A DNA stretch of 64,000 bases from an uncultured delta proteobacterium (GTDB taxonomy: Bacteria; Desulfobacterota; Desulfobacteria; Desulfobacterales; UBA2156): assembly GCA_963736855.1 (NCBI GenBank), contig CAVTQK010000006.1, forward strand, positions 32,001-96,000, in the 5' to 3' direction. The notes under the pieces were generated by a model. It was not told the DNA's origin. It searched no databases and saw only the letters and a list, made by a program, of their open reading frames with translations. The stretch's first letter is position 1; each line of letters begins with the position of its first letter. This document shows positions 45,445 to 55,868 of the stretch, piece after piece. A program made the translations under genes and the position numbers.

Positions 45445-47289
45445 ATGTTATCAGCCCGACTGATTGTTATCATTACCTGCTGGCTTACCTTCGTGATCTC
45501 CTGTGCGCCAGCGTTTAAAAGAGTTTCCTACGAACCTGTTGCGCCTAAACCCGCAACGAAACCTTCCCCTCCTGCCAAACCCGCTCCGGATCTCCAAACA
45601 TCTAAAAAGATCGAAACCGCTCCGATTCAGAATAACCTCCCCTCTCCGGCAGGTACGGTCGAGGAGACCGAAAAACCCGACGAATTCGTTTTCCAGGAAA
45701 GAAGCCCGGAACCAATCAATGGAGATTCCAAGGCTTTGAGGCCGGGAAACACCCTTGAGGAAGCCCTCGATTTCTGCGAAGCAGCCCAGGATTTCTGGCA
45801 AAAAGGAGAACCGGAGAACGCTATCGAAGCCCTCGACAAGGCTTATGATCTTATCCTTGCCGTGGAACCCGGGGATGATCCGGCGTTATCCCAGCAGAAA
45901 GAAGACATTCGGTTTATGATTTCTAAAAGAATCCTGGAGATTTACGCCTCTCGGCATGTCGCCGCAAATGGAAAAAACAACGGAATCCCCCTGGAAGTCA
46001 ATCACCATGTTCAGGCTGAGATTGATTCCTTCTCGATCGGCACGGAAAAGGATTTTTTTATGGAATCATACCGGCGATCAGGTAGATATCGACCCTTCAT
46101 CTTGGAAGCCTTCAAAAAGGCCGGAATCCCACCCGAACTTTCTTGGATGCCGTTGATCGAAAGCGGCTTCAAGGTCAACGCCTTTTCTAGCGCCCGCGCC
46201 TTGGGCCTTTGGCAGTTCATCTCCTCCACAGGATACAAGTTCGGCCTGAAACGGAACACCTTTTTAGATGAACGTTTGGACCCGATCAAATCCACGGAAG
46301 CGGCCATTGCTTATTTAAAGGAACTTCATGAAATCTTCGGAGACTGGACCACGGTCATGGCCGCTTACAACTGCGGCGAGCATCGTATCTTAAGAGTCAT
46401 CCGGGAGCAAAACGTCAATTATCTTGATAACTTCTGGGATCTTTACCAACGCCTGCCCCGGGAAACCGCACGGTATGTCCCGAGATTTCTGGCCACCCTA
46501 TATATGGTGACTCATCCAGCGAAATACGGCCTCGACGCCATCCGTTTAGATCCCCCGATGGCTTTTGAAACCGCAACCATCGCCAAGCAGGTCCATATCC
46601 GGAACGTGGCGGAAAAAATCGAGGTTTCGGAATCCAAACTGAAGGCACTCAATCCGGAACTCAGATACCAGGTCGTTCCGCCGGGCCCTTATGCCCTGCG
46701 GGTGCCACCCGGAAAGAAGGAACTTCTTTTAGCGGCCATCGATGCCGTACCCGATTCGGATCCGCCCCGCCCTGAGTACATTTCCCACCGTGTTAGCCCC
46801 GGGGAAAATCTCTCCACTATTGCCAGGCGTTATCATCTCAGTATCTCCAGCATCGCTGAGGCCAACGACATCAAACGCTCCAAACCCTTTCTGCCGGGAA
46901 ATCTCTTAAAGATTCCCCAAAAAGGAGCGATCGTCTATCATCAAAGAGTTAAGGGAACTTCACCACAAGCGGCGAATTTAACCCATGTCGTCAAATTTGG
47001 AGATACCCTGTGGACTCTGGCACAAAAATATAGAACCACTATGAACGCCATTCGAGACCTCAATGGACTTTCGGGAACCCAGCTGACTGTCGGTCAAGCG
47101 TTAAAGATCTCCAGTCCGCAAGGAGACACTTCGGAGGTGAGCAGCCTCAGAACCTATAAGGTCCGGAAAGGGGACACCCCTTATAACGTTGCCACCCGAT
47201 TTAAAATGCAACTCGAACAATTCCTGAGGGTAAACCGCCTCACCCCAAAAAGCCGGATTTATCCGGGTCAAACGCTCTATATCCAATAA
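45445..47289 (+). CDS. MltD-like lytic murein transglycosylase lipoprotein with 3 LysM domains
   Basis: Lipobox-like VISC, PLIESGF (catalytic Glu), ALGLWQF, AAYNCGE, ETARYVP; three LysM repeats. Confidence 0.92.
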   Translation: MLSARLIVIITCWLTFVISCAPAFKRVSYEPVAPKPATKPSPPAKPAPDLQTSKKIETAPIQNNLPSPAGTVEETEKPDEFVFQERSPEPINGDSKALRPGNTLEEALDFCEAAQDFWQKGEPENAIEALDKAYDLILAVEPGDDPALSQQKEDIRFMISKRILEIYASRHVAANGKNNGIPLEVNHHVQAEIDSFSIGTEKDFFMESYRRSGRYRPFILEAFKKAGIPPELSWMPLIESGFKVNAFSSARALGLWQFISSTGYKFGLKRNTFLDERLDPIKSTEAAIAYLKELHEIFGDWTTVMAAYNCGEHRILRVIREQNVNYLDNFWDLYQRLPRETARYVPRFLATLYMVTHPAKYGLDAIRLDPPMAFETATIAKQVHIRNVAEKIEVSESKLKALNPELRYQVVPPGPYALRVPPGKKELLLAAIDAVPDSDPPRPEYISHRVSPGENLSTIARRYHLSISSIAEANDIKRSKPFLPGNLLKIPQKGAIVYHQRVKGTSPQAANLTHVVKFGDTLWTLAQKYRTTMNAIRDLNGLSGTQLTVGQALKISSPQGDTSEVSSLRTYKVRKGDTPYNVATRFKMQLEQFLRVNRLTPKSRIYPGQTLYIQ

Positions 47290-47403
47290 GGGGCATCCCG
47301 GTCAGCCATTGCGCCTTATCGTTGAGTCATGAAAAATTTTCATCTCCGGACCCATCATAATACACACTTGTTTTCTGAAAGGATTCCCGGTATGATATAT
47401 AAA

Positions 47404-48036
47404 ATGAAAAGGAAAATCGTTTTCTTGATCATCGCCGGGATACTATCGGCGACGGGTTGCACCGCCCAGACCGGCTTTCAAAAGACCCCTGCGGAAAGGA
47501 TGAAACAAGACCGCACCGAAAAGATGCCCACCGGGCAGGCGGCGGCTTTCAAGCCGGGGGAGATTCTGGTCCGCTTCAACCCATCCGCCAAACCGGAGGC
47601 CATAGAGGATTTTTGCGCAAAATCCGGCCTTTCCATTTTGCACAGGTTCAATTCGCCTGGACTTTATCTTCTTTCCATCCAGGACCAAAACAAAGTGCCC
47701 GAAAAAATCAAGGAAGTCGAAACCCATCCGCTGGTGGCCTATGCGGAACCCAACTATATTTTCAGCCTCGACAACTCTAAAAAGGAACCGACCCACGTGC
47801 CCGGTGAAGCGTTGGTGCGATTTGAGGCGAAGACGGAAAGATCTCGCGTGGAACTCATTCTCAAGGAATTGGATCTTCAAATCATAGAGGCCTTTGCCCT
47901 GCCGAATCTCTATCGGGTCAAAGCCACAGCCCCTTCAACTTCCACAGAAGAGATTGTCAATCGGTTGACAGCCTGTCCGGAAGTGCTCTACGCAGAACCG
48001 AATTTTGTCTTTACCCTGGAACCCTCAACCCGGTAG
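47404..48036 (+). CDS. lipoprotein with two tandem subtilase pro-domain-like repeats and no catalytic domain
   Basis: MKRKIVFLIIAGILSATGC lipobox; repeats FKPGEILVRF...VAYAEPNYIF and HVPGEALVRF...VLYAEPNFVF match the pro-domain of the next gene. Confidence 0.78.
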   Translation: MKRKIVFLIIAGILSATGCTAQTGFQKTPAERMKQDRTEKMPTGQAAAFKPGEILVRFNPSAKPEAIEDFCAKSGLSILHRFNSPGLYLLSIQDQNKVPEKIKEVETHPLVAYAEPNYIFSLDNSKKEPTHVPGEALVRFEAKTERSRVELILKELDLQIIEAFALPNLYRVKATAPSTSTEEIVNRLTACPEVLYAEPNFVFTLEPSTR

Positions 48037-48050
48037 GGAGAGAACTCAAT

Positions 48051-49755
48051 ATGAAAAAACTATTCGTCTTGCCGCTTTCGGTCCTTCTTCTGTTTTTTCT
48101 TTTTTTAAATGTCGCCTGGGCCGAACATCCTGCAAACGAATCGAACAGGCTGAAATCCCTGGGAGATTATATACCCGGCGAGGTCTTGGTGAAATTCAAG
48201 CCTCAGGCGCGGCTTTCCGCTCTCTCCGAATATCAGGATCGGCATAACCTTTCTTCCATTCAAGCCTTTTCCACCATCGGCGTGGAGCATTTAAAGCTGC
48301 CGGAAGGATTGGATGTCGTGTCGGCCGTCAAGATGATGCAATCGGATCCGAACGTCGAGTATGTCGAGCCCAACTACATCTATCGAATTACGACGGTTCC
48401 CAATGATCCGTATTTCGGTCTGTTATGGGGATTGAACAATACCGGCCAGAATGTGAACGGAACCGCAGGGAAGGCCGGAGCGGACATCGACGCCGTGCAG
48501 GCATGGGACAGAACCACCGGAAATCCCAATGTGATCGTGGCGGTCATCGATTCCGGGGTTTTGACGTCCCATCCGGATTTGGCGGCCAACATCTGGGTCA
48601 ACACCAATGAGATTCCCGGAAACGGGATCGATGACGATCTGAACGGGTTTATCGATGACGTGAACGGCTGGGATTTTGTATTCAACGACAGCAATCCCGA
48701 TGACGAAAACGGCCACGGCACCCATGTGGCCGGAACGATCGCGGCCGTGGGAAACAACAAAATAGGTGTGACAGGCGTCAGCTGGAACAGCCAAGATTAT
48801 GGTGCTTCGAGCCTTCGACAGAGACGGTTTTGGAACCGCGGCTGCTGAACTTAATTCAATCCTGTATGCAAGCTCCAAGGGTGCCCATGTTATCAACAAC
48901 AGCTGGGGGGGACCCGGCTTCGCGCAATCACTAAAAGACGCCATCGATGCATCCCCGGCGGTGGTGGTCTGCGCAGCCGGAAACGGGGGCAATGACAGTA
49001 TCGGGGATAATAATGATTCTCTTCCTCATTATCCCTCGGGGTATTCCAGCGCCAATATCATCGCGGTAGCAGCGACGGATCAAAACGATGACCTTGCCTC
49101 TTTCTCAAATTACGGTCCCACTACCGTAGATGTTGCGGCACCCGGAGTAAATATTCTCAGCACCTGGAATGATGGGGATTATCAATATTTGCAAGGCACC
49201 TCCATGGCCACCCCCCATGTCTCCGGGCTCGCGGCGCTTTTATGGGGATATTCCGGGTCTTCAGCCTCTCAAAACCGGCTCCTGGCTGCCGGGGATATCA
49301 TCTCCCAAATCCGATCGACCGTGGATCCCTTGGACTCTCTTTCCGGACTGATCGCCACCGGCGGCCGTATCAATGCGGATAAGGCGCTTGGCGGCAGCGG
49401 AGAAGATGATGAAGGCAGCGGATGTTTTATCGCCACAGCGGCCTTCGGCTCCTATACCGCACCCCATGTCAAAATTCTGCGCAATTTCCGGGATCGCTAC
49501 CTAAAATCCAGCGACTACGGAAAGGCCTTTGTACGCTTCTATTACCGAAACTCACCGGAATGGGCCGACAGGATCCGAGGAAATCAAAACCTGCGTTGGG
49601 CCGTGCGTACCGCATTGTTGCCGGTAGTGGGAATCAGCTGGTTGGCTTTGAAAATCGGCATCTTTCCCCTGCTCGCTTCTCTCTTCATCCTCTTGCTCAT
49701 GGGTTGTATCCCTCGTTTTAGGAAAAAGGGAGATCGCCCACCGCTTTTGTCGTGA
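48051..49755 (+). CDS. secreted S8 (subtilisin-like) serine peptidase with CFI-box C-terminal domain, split by a frameshift at ~48786
   Basis: VAVIDSG, GHGTHVAG (first frame); AAGN, GTSMATP, GCFIATAAFGS...LRNFRD plus TM (second frame). Removing one A gives ...VSWTAKIMVLR... Confidence 0.88.
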
Positions 49756-49780
49756 AAACCATGAACCCAGGTTTTAATCG

Positions 49781-49812
49781 AGTGTGGGCGGACATGGAAG
49801 TCCGCCCACACT
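49781..49812. repeat. perfect 13-bp inverted repeat (REP-like hairpin)
   Basis: AGTGTGGGCGGAC-ATGGAA-GTCCGCCCACACT with no U-tract. Confidence 0.7.
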
Positions 49813-49830
49813 GTCTAAAGAGCCTGACTT

Positions 49831-51060
49831 ATGCCGGTATTCGAATACAGGGCATTGAATGAAAAAGGAAGGCGTGTGTCCGGCATCGTGGACGCCGAAA
49901 GTCCGGTTGCGGCCCGGCAAAAACTGCGCACCTCCCAGATCTTTCCCATCTCCATTCATGAAATATCAAGGCTATCTAACGTAAAGCATCCCCGATCCGT
50001 CTCCTTCATGTTGACCCTTTTCAGACGGATTAGGATCTCGGAGATCGCCATAACCACCCGGGGAATCGCCACTCTCCTGAGTGCCGGTTTTCCCCTGGTT
50101 GCCGCCCTGGAGACTCTCATCTTCCAGACCAAAGCGCCTGCACTTCAAAAAGTCTTGGCAAAAGTTAAAGATCTTGTTGTCGAGGGGAACAGCTTCGCTT
50201 TTGCGCTGTCCCAATTCCCAGGGGCTTTTTCGCCCCTTTATATCAACATGGCGCAGGCCGGGGAAGCTTCCGGCACCCTGGAAATCATTCTCGAGCGCTT
50301 AGCAGACATGATGGAAAATCAGTTGGATTTGAACAACCGCATCCGGAATGCGCTGGCCTATCCCCTATTCATGACCCTTTTGGGAACTGCCGTACTTTTC
50401 TTTCTGATGACGGTGATCGTCCCCAATATCGCCGCCGTATTTGCCGAAATGGGACGCGTGCTTCCGGCACCGACGCGTCTGCTCATCGCCGCAAGCGATC
50501 TCATTCAATCCTTTTGGTGGCTTATCCTCATCCTTTGTTTCAGCGGGATCATGGTGTTTTTCAGGGTCAAGAAGTCTCCCCATGGCCGCGATTTTATCGA
50601 TCGCATGATCCTTCGGACACCGCTTATCGGGTTTTTAGTCGTTCGCCTTTCTACTGCGCGGTTCGCCCGGACACTCGGTTCTCTTCTGGAAAACGGGGTT
50701 CCCCTGCTCCAGGCCCTCGACATTGTTCAAAACATTGTGGGATATACCCCCATTTCCAAGGCCATTAAGGCTGCCTCCAGGGAAGTCGAGAAAGGAAGCG
50801 GACTGGCAGAGGCCATGGCCTCCAATGGAGTCTTTCCGAATCTCTTCATGCAGATGTTAAAGGTCGGGGAACAAAGCGGCAAACTGGAGGCCATGCTGAA
50901 AAGGACCGCCTCCATCTACGAAAAGGAGGTAACCGCTCAGGTGACCCGGATGACCTCCCTTTTGGAACCGATCATGATCCTGGTTATGGGAGTTATTGTC
51001 GGAGGCATCGTTTTGTCCATTTGTCTGCCCATCTTCGAAATGAATCAACTGGTCTTTTAA
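49831..51060 (+). CDS. gspF: T2SS inner membrane platform protein F
   Basis: MPVFEYRA, AGEASGTL, ALAYP, GEQSGKL, LLEP. Confidence 0.95.
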   Translation: MPVFEYRALNEKGRRVSGIVDAESPVAARQKLRTSQIFPISIHEISRLSNVKHPRSVSFMLTLFRRIRISEIAITTRGIATLLSAGFPLVAALETLIFQTKAPALQKVLAKVKDLVVEGNSFAFALSQFPGAFSPLYINMAQAGEASGTLEIILERLADMMENQLDLNNRIRNALAYPLFMTLLGTAVLFFLMTVIVPNIAAVFAEMGRVLPAPTRLLIAASDLIQSFWWLILILCFSGIMVFFRVKKSPHGRDFIDRMILRTPLIGFLVVRLSTARFARTLGSLLENGVPLLQALDIVQNIVGYTPISKAIKAASREVEKGSGLAEAMASNGVFPNLFMQMLKVGEQSGKLEAMLKRTASIYEKEVTAQVTRMTSLLEPIMILVMGVIVGGIVLSICLPIFEMNQLVF

Positions 51061-51081
51061 CAAAAATAGGCGAGGATCACC

Positions 51082-51561
51082 ATGCAAGCTTTGCAACAAA
51101 ACATACTGAAAAACAGGCCCTGCAAACCCTTTATGGGAGAAGCCGGGTTCACCCTGATTGAACTGATGGTCGTTATCGTCATCCTGGGAATTCTTGCAAC
51201 CCTGATTCTTCCAAAAATCATGGATCGCCCCGATGAGGCCAAGCAACTCAGTGCGAAAATCCAGATTCAAAGCCTGGAAACCGCCTTGAAGATCTACAGG
51301 CTAGATAATGACGGGTATCCCACCACGGAACAGGGGCTCACGGCCCTGGTGGAACCGCCCCAGACCGGCCCTCCTGCAAAGAAATGGCGTCAGGGCGGGT
51401 ATCTCGAAAAAGGGAAAGTCCCTAAGGATCCCTGGGGAAACGATTTCATTTACCTGAGCCCAGGGGTGCATGGAGACTGTGACATCATTTCTTACGGTGC
51501 CGACGGAGTGCCCGAAGGTGAGGGAAAAAACAAGGATATCGCCAATTGGGAAATCGAATAG
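51082..51561 (+). CDS. gspG: T2SS major pseudopilin G
   Basis: [30 protein letters not shown]. Confidence 0.96.
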   Translation: MQALQQNILKNRPCKPFMGEAGFTLIELMVVIVILGILATLILPKIMDRPDEAKQLSAKIQIQSLETALKIYRLDNDGYPTTEQGLTALVEPPQTGPPAKKWRQGGYLEKGKVPKDPWGNDFIYLSPGVHGDCDIISYGADGVPEGEGKNKDIANWEIE

Positions 51562-52039
51562 AGGCTTTTCCCTGGTTGAGCTGGTGGTGGTTTTTGCCTT
51601 GATCGGCCTGATGCTTGTTTTTGCAATCCCCCGATTTCAGCAAAAGCTGCTTCCGGAAGATTCCCGGAAAGTCGCCCGATGGCTCATGGTACATACCGCA
51701 ACAGCCCGGACCCGCGCCGTTGCCGAACAGGTTCGATTCGTCCTGAATGTGGGGATCAGTGAAAACCGGCTGTGGTTCACGGACAATTCGATGCTCGAAG
51801 AAGCGGCACTTGCCGCCAAAGAAAAATCCCTGATTTTGGACAATAACATTCGCATCCGGAAAGTAGAATACCCTGGAAAAAATGCTGTCATTTCTGGAGT
51901 TGCTGAAATCTCCTTTTATCCCGACGGCCATGCCGATCCGGCCTGGATTCAATTGACAGATACAACCGGACCGCCGGTCTTTCTTTTCGTTGAACCTTTT
52001 TTACCCCGGGTGAGATATCAAGATGCCAAAGTTGAATGA
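51518..52039 (+). CDS. gspH: T2SS minor pseudopilin H (start uncertain)
   Basis: [15 protein letters not shown]; position after gspG. Confidence 0.8.
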   Translation: MREKTRISPIGKSNRGFSLVELVVVFALIGLMLVFAIPRFQQKLLPEDSRKVARWLMVHTATARTRAVAEQVRFVLNVGISENRLWFTDNSMLEEAALAAKEKSLILDNNIRIRKVEYPGKNAVISGVAEISFYPDGHADPAWIQLTDTTGPPVFLFVEPFLPRVRYQDAKVE

Positions 52040-52421
52040 TTCCAATAAGGCACCCCGGGGGTTCACACTCCTTGAAATCATGGTGGCCGTTTCCATCATC
52101 GCCATCGTCTCAACGGCTATCTACCAGCTGCATTTCTTTTCTCTTTCTGAAAGCCACAGGACTCATCTGGAGGGACAATGTCTCCTGCTAGCCCAGAAAA
52201 AACTTTCGGAAATAGATGATTCTAACGGGGACACCCCAACCAAAGCTTCGGGAGATTTCGGAGAAGATTTCCCGGGCTTTCGATGGGAGATGCAGGTTGA
52301 CGGGATTCAGTCCGATATTCTTAAGGAAACCGGGAAAGATTTGAAACAGATTGACCTGAAGGTTTTTTCCGATCGATCATCGGTTCTTTATGCAATCCGT
52401 GTTTACCGTTTTTTCCGATAG
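52023..52421 (+). CDS. gspI: T2SS minor pseudopilin I
   Basis: GFTLLEIMVAVSI. Confidence 0.82.
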   Translation: MPKLNDSNKAPRGFTLLEIMVAVSIIAIVSTAIYQLHFFSLSESHRTHLEGQCLLLAQKKLSEIDDSNGDTPTKASGDFGEDFPGFRWEMQVDGIQSDILKETGKDLKQIDLKVFSDRSSVLYAIRVYRFFR

Positions 52422-53186
52422 ATGAAAGAGACCAGCGACATGGCTCATCGCCGCATCTATGGAACACCCTCCCATATCACGAGGAGGAAACGTCATTTCT
52501 TTCCGGCTATCTGTTCGATAACCCGAGGATTTACCCTCATCGAGATTCTGCTGGCCTTTTTCATATTCAGTATCGTCGCCGCTACGGTCTTCGGATCCTA
52601 TCAATCGGTCTTTTCCAATGCCGAGACCGTCCTACAGGTGGCTTCCGATGACGAGATGGGGCTTTCTTGCATGCACCGAATGGTTTTAGATCTGTCTTCC
52701 ATCGTCTTTTCCCTCCCGCCCCTCTACAGGGCCAACACGGTCAACGATGAACCTGATTTATACCGCCTCCTGGGAGAAAGGGAGTGGATCGGTGATCAGG
52801 ACTTTTCTTCCATCCGTTTTGCTACCCTGGCGTATGTGCCGATGGGAGGAACCCCTGTCGAGGCCATATCCAAGATCCGTTATTTCGTGGAGGCTGTCGG
52901 ACCCGATAGCTTTATTTTAAAACGTTCGGCGGATGTGTATCCATTTTTCAAGGATTTCTCTCCAGAAACCGCTTATGTAATATGCGATCGGGTCCGATCC
53001 CTGGCGATCACTTTTTTTGGTGAAAAAGGGGTCACCTTCGACCGTTGGGATTCGGACTCCTCGGATTTCGGCCGGTTGACCCCAAGGGCCGTCCTTATCC
53101 GACTCGAAGTCGGCAATAAAGCAGCTTTTCGAACATTTGAAACCCGTGTAGCCTTCCCTTTGTTCAGAGACCGGATAGCCCAATAA
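52422..53186 (+). CDS. gspJ: T2SS minor pseudopilin J (start uncertain)
   Basis: GFTLIEILLA, C-terminal WDS...PRAV. Confidence 0.82.
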   Translation: MKETSDMAHRRIYGTPSHITRRKRHFFPAICSITRGFTLIEILLAFFIFSIVAATVFGSYQSVFSNAETVLQVASDDEMGLSCMHRMVLDLSSIVFSLPPLYRANTVNDEPDLYRLLGEREWIGDQDFSSIRFATLAYVPMGGTPVEAISKIRYFVEAVGPDSFILKRSADVYPFFKDFSPETAYVICDRVRSLAITFFGEKGVTFDRWDSDSSDFGRLTPRAVLIRLEVGNKAAFRTFETRVAFPLFRDRIAQ

Positions 53187-53191
53187 AAAGA

Positions 53192-54286
53192 ATGGATCCA
53201 AAGCAGAAGGCACTTTGCCGAAACATCATGGGCTCACGCGGGATGGCGCTTTTATTGACCATCGGCGTGATGACCCTAATTGTTTCCACGGTCATTTTCA
53301 TTCATAAGAGAGTTCGTGACGCCCGAATCTTGCCAACAGCTCTTAATCATCGCATGACGCTCCTTTATATGGCATCCTCCGGAATCCATGCCGCCATGGC
53401 GGTACTGACCCAGGATAAGGCAAGTTCGGACATCGATTCCATCCAGGAGGCGTGGGCCGACCCTGCATATTTAAAAAAAGTTTCTGAAACCATACCCTTC
53501 GAATCCGGGGAAGTGTCCTTGGTCATCAGCGACGAACTCGGTAAGATCCAGATTAACGCCCTGGTTAAACAACCCGAAGGACAAAGCTTCAATGACGTCC
53601 AGAAGCGTCTGTGGGACAAGTTGCTCCTTTATTTTAAAGATCAGCTCAAAAATCAGGATATCGACTTTCAGCCGGAGACGATCATCGCCGCCGTTAAAGA
53701 CTGGATGGATGTCGGGGAAGGGGATACCGTCACCGGCCTGGGAGGCGGCGAATCCGACTATTACCAGAGCCTCAATCAGCCCTATTCCTGCAAAAACGGC
53801 CCGATAACCCACCTTGGCGAACTCGCCCTAATTAAAGGGATCCCTCCCGATCTCTTCACAGCGCTGGGAGGAACCGCCGGACTCTCCAAGTATCTTTCGG
53901 TTCATGGCGTTTCTCCGTCGAGCGGCACCGCGCCCGAATTCAAAGGAAAAATCAACATTAACACCGCCGATCTCCCTATCCTGGCCGCCCTGCTTCCCAT
54001 CGGAGAAGAGGGGCTGGCTCAGGCCATCTACGACTTTCGGGGGGATCGAACGGAAAATACATTCGTTCATAATCTTTCCGATCCGAATTGGTACAAACAG
54101 GCTCCGGGGTGTAATCATCTTCGGATCGATCCCGAACTGATCACCCTCTCAAGCGACCTCTTCCGGATCGAAGCGATCGCAGCCATAGGAACAGCAAAAC
54201 TTACCGTTGTCACCGTAGTGGCCAGGGAAAAAAAGGAGGGAACGAAACAGTGGGCCTGTAAGGTGTTGAGTTGGCATGTCATATGA
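53192..54286 (+). CDS. gspK: T2SS minor pseudopilin K
   Basis: GMALLL (no Glu5), DELGKIQIN, DWMD, ELALIKG, ININTA. Confidence 0.9.
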   Translation: MDPKQKALCRNIMGSRGMALLLTIGVMTLIVSTVIFIHKRVRDARILPTALNHRMTLLYMASSGIHAAMAVLTQDKASSDIDSIQEAWADPAYLKKVSETIPFESGEVSLVISDELGKIQINALVKQPEGQSFNDVQKRLWDKLLLYFKDQLKNQDIDFQPETIIAAVKDWMDVGEGDTVTGLGGGESDYYQSLNQPYSCKNGPITHLGELALIKGIPPDLFTALGGTAGLSKYLSVHGVSPSSGTAPEFKGKININTADLPILAALLPIGEEGLAQAIYDFRGDRTENTFVHNLSDPNWYKQAPGCNHLRIDPELITLSSDLFRIEAIAAIGTAKLTVVTVVAREKKEGTKQWACKVLSWHVI

Positions 54287-54351
54287 AGTATGGTAAGCGC
54301 GACGAGTGATGGTATCCGAAAGGACATTGACGATTTTCAGTGGAAGGGTGG

Positions 54352-55809
54352 ATGATGCCCCAAAAGACCCTCGGAATCGACATCGGAAACATCGGGATTT
54401 CCGCGCTGCTGCTTGAAAGCGGAATCTTCGGCCACCGGATCGGAGGGTATAAATATATCCCCTTCTCCGATTCACAACCCGATGATGACGCCATCATCTC
54501 TGCATTGAAAAGCGCCGTCGATGGTATGCCGATAGCCGGAGCCCGTTGTGCGGTATCCATTCCCGCCCGTCACGTCTATTTCCGGAATCTTCGCCTCCCG
54601 TCGTTTGAGGCAAAAAAAATAAGGCCCATACTCCTTTTTGAACTGGAACCGCTGCTCCCGTTTCCTGTGGAAGATCTGATCACCGACTTCAGCCTTTTTT
54701 GGGATTCTCAAAATCCTGATCAAACCGACATCGTCACAGCTACCACTCAAAAAGCGGAATTGTCGAAATGGCTTGATATTTTAAAATCCGCAGGCCTCGA
54801 ACCGGAAACAGTCACCTTCGAGGGATACGCCATGGCACGCTGCCTGGCGGAAATGACCCAGGTGCCTGACGATTGGATACTGGCGCATGTCGATAAGACC
54901 ATAGCCACTCTCTTCGTTTTTCATTCCGGGCAACTGGCTTTCATCCGGTATTCTTCGATACCTTCAGAGAAAACACTCCTGGAAGACGCCCTTTCTTCCG
55001 TCATCCGTCAAACGATCTGGGCCTTTGAAAATGTTTTTTCTTTTGATTATCAACCTAAAACCGTAAAAATTGACTTTAAAACGGAAAATGGGAATCTGGA
55101 ACTTTTTAGCGCGCTTGAAAAAATGCTCAAAATTCCGGTAAAGCCCGTCGACTTTGCCCAAGGAATGAAATCAAAAAAAAATCCTTTCCCGGATCTGCCG
55201 GAGGACTCGGTCGGAATCAATTCCGCACTTTCCCTTTCACTGATGAAAGGTCAGCAAATACGCGGGATAAACTTCCTTCAGGAAGCCTTTTCCCCCAAAA
55301 CGCGGTTTGCCGAATATCAATCTGATTTTTTCAAAACAGGATTGATTTTCCTTGCCGCACTGATCCTTGCAGGTGCCTATTTATTTATGGACATGCGTTC
55401 CATGGCGAAAAAAGTATCCCGATTGAACGCGCACATGACCCAGACGTTTCAAAGTGCCTTCCCTGAAGAAAAGGTCATTGTTGACCCGGTAGGTCAGATG
55501 AAGGCCAAAATTGAAGAGTTGAAAAAACGATCGTTTCCAACCGAAAGAAAGGGTAACTGGATAAGACGGATTGACCTTTTAAAAGAAATCAGCACGCGGG
55601 TCCCGACACAAATGGATGTGGATATTTTAAAATTGACGACAGGTGATGAGGATCTCGTGATGACCGGGAATACTGACACCTTCAATACGGTCAACGACAT
55701 GAAGCGTCAGCTTGAAGGATCCCCCTTGTTCAAGGAAATCACCATCAGTTCCACGAACCTGAACCGCTCCGGAAACCGCGTGGATTTCGTAATGACGATT
55801 CGATTTTAA
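54352..55809 (+). CDS. gspL: T2SS protein L (PilM/PilN-like)
   Basis: LGIDIG actin-like N-terminus, LPFPVED, single TM, periplasmic domain. Confidence 0.85.
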   Translation: MMPQKTLGIDIGNIGISALLLESGIFGHRIGGYKYIPFSDSQPDDDAIISALKSAVDGMPIAGARCAVSIPARHVYFRNLRLPSFEAKKIRPILLFELEPLLPFPVEDLITDFSLFWDSQNPDQTDIVTATTQKAELSKWLDILKSAGLEPETVTFEGYAMARCLAEMTQVPDDWILAHVDKTIATLFVFHSGQLAFIRYSSIPSEKTLLEDALSSVIRQTIWAFENVFSFDYQPKTVKIDFKTENGNLELFSALEKMLKIPVKPVDFAQGMKSKKNPFPDLPEDSVGINSALSLSLMKGQQIRGINFLQEAFSPKTRFAEYQSDFFKTGLIFLAALILAGAYLFMDMRSMAKKVSRLNAHMTQTFQSAFPEEKVIVDPVGQMKAKIEELKKRSFPTERKGNWIRRIDLLKEISTRVPTQMDVDILKLTTGDEDLVMTGNTDTFNTVNDMKRQLEGSPLFKEITISSTNLNRSGNRVDFVMTIRF

Positions 55810-55868
55810 ATGCTCGTAAACCATTCCGGGCCGGGGCCCAACCAAAGCATGGAGATGCGACCCATAAA

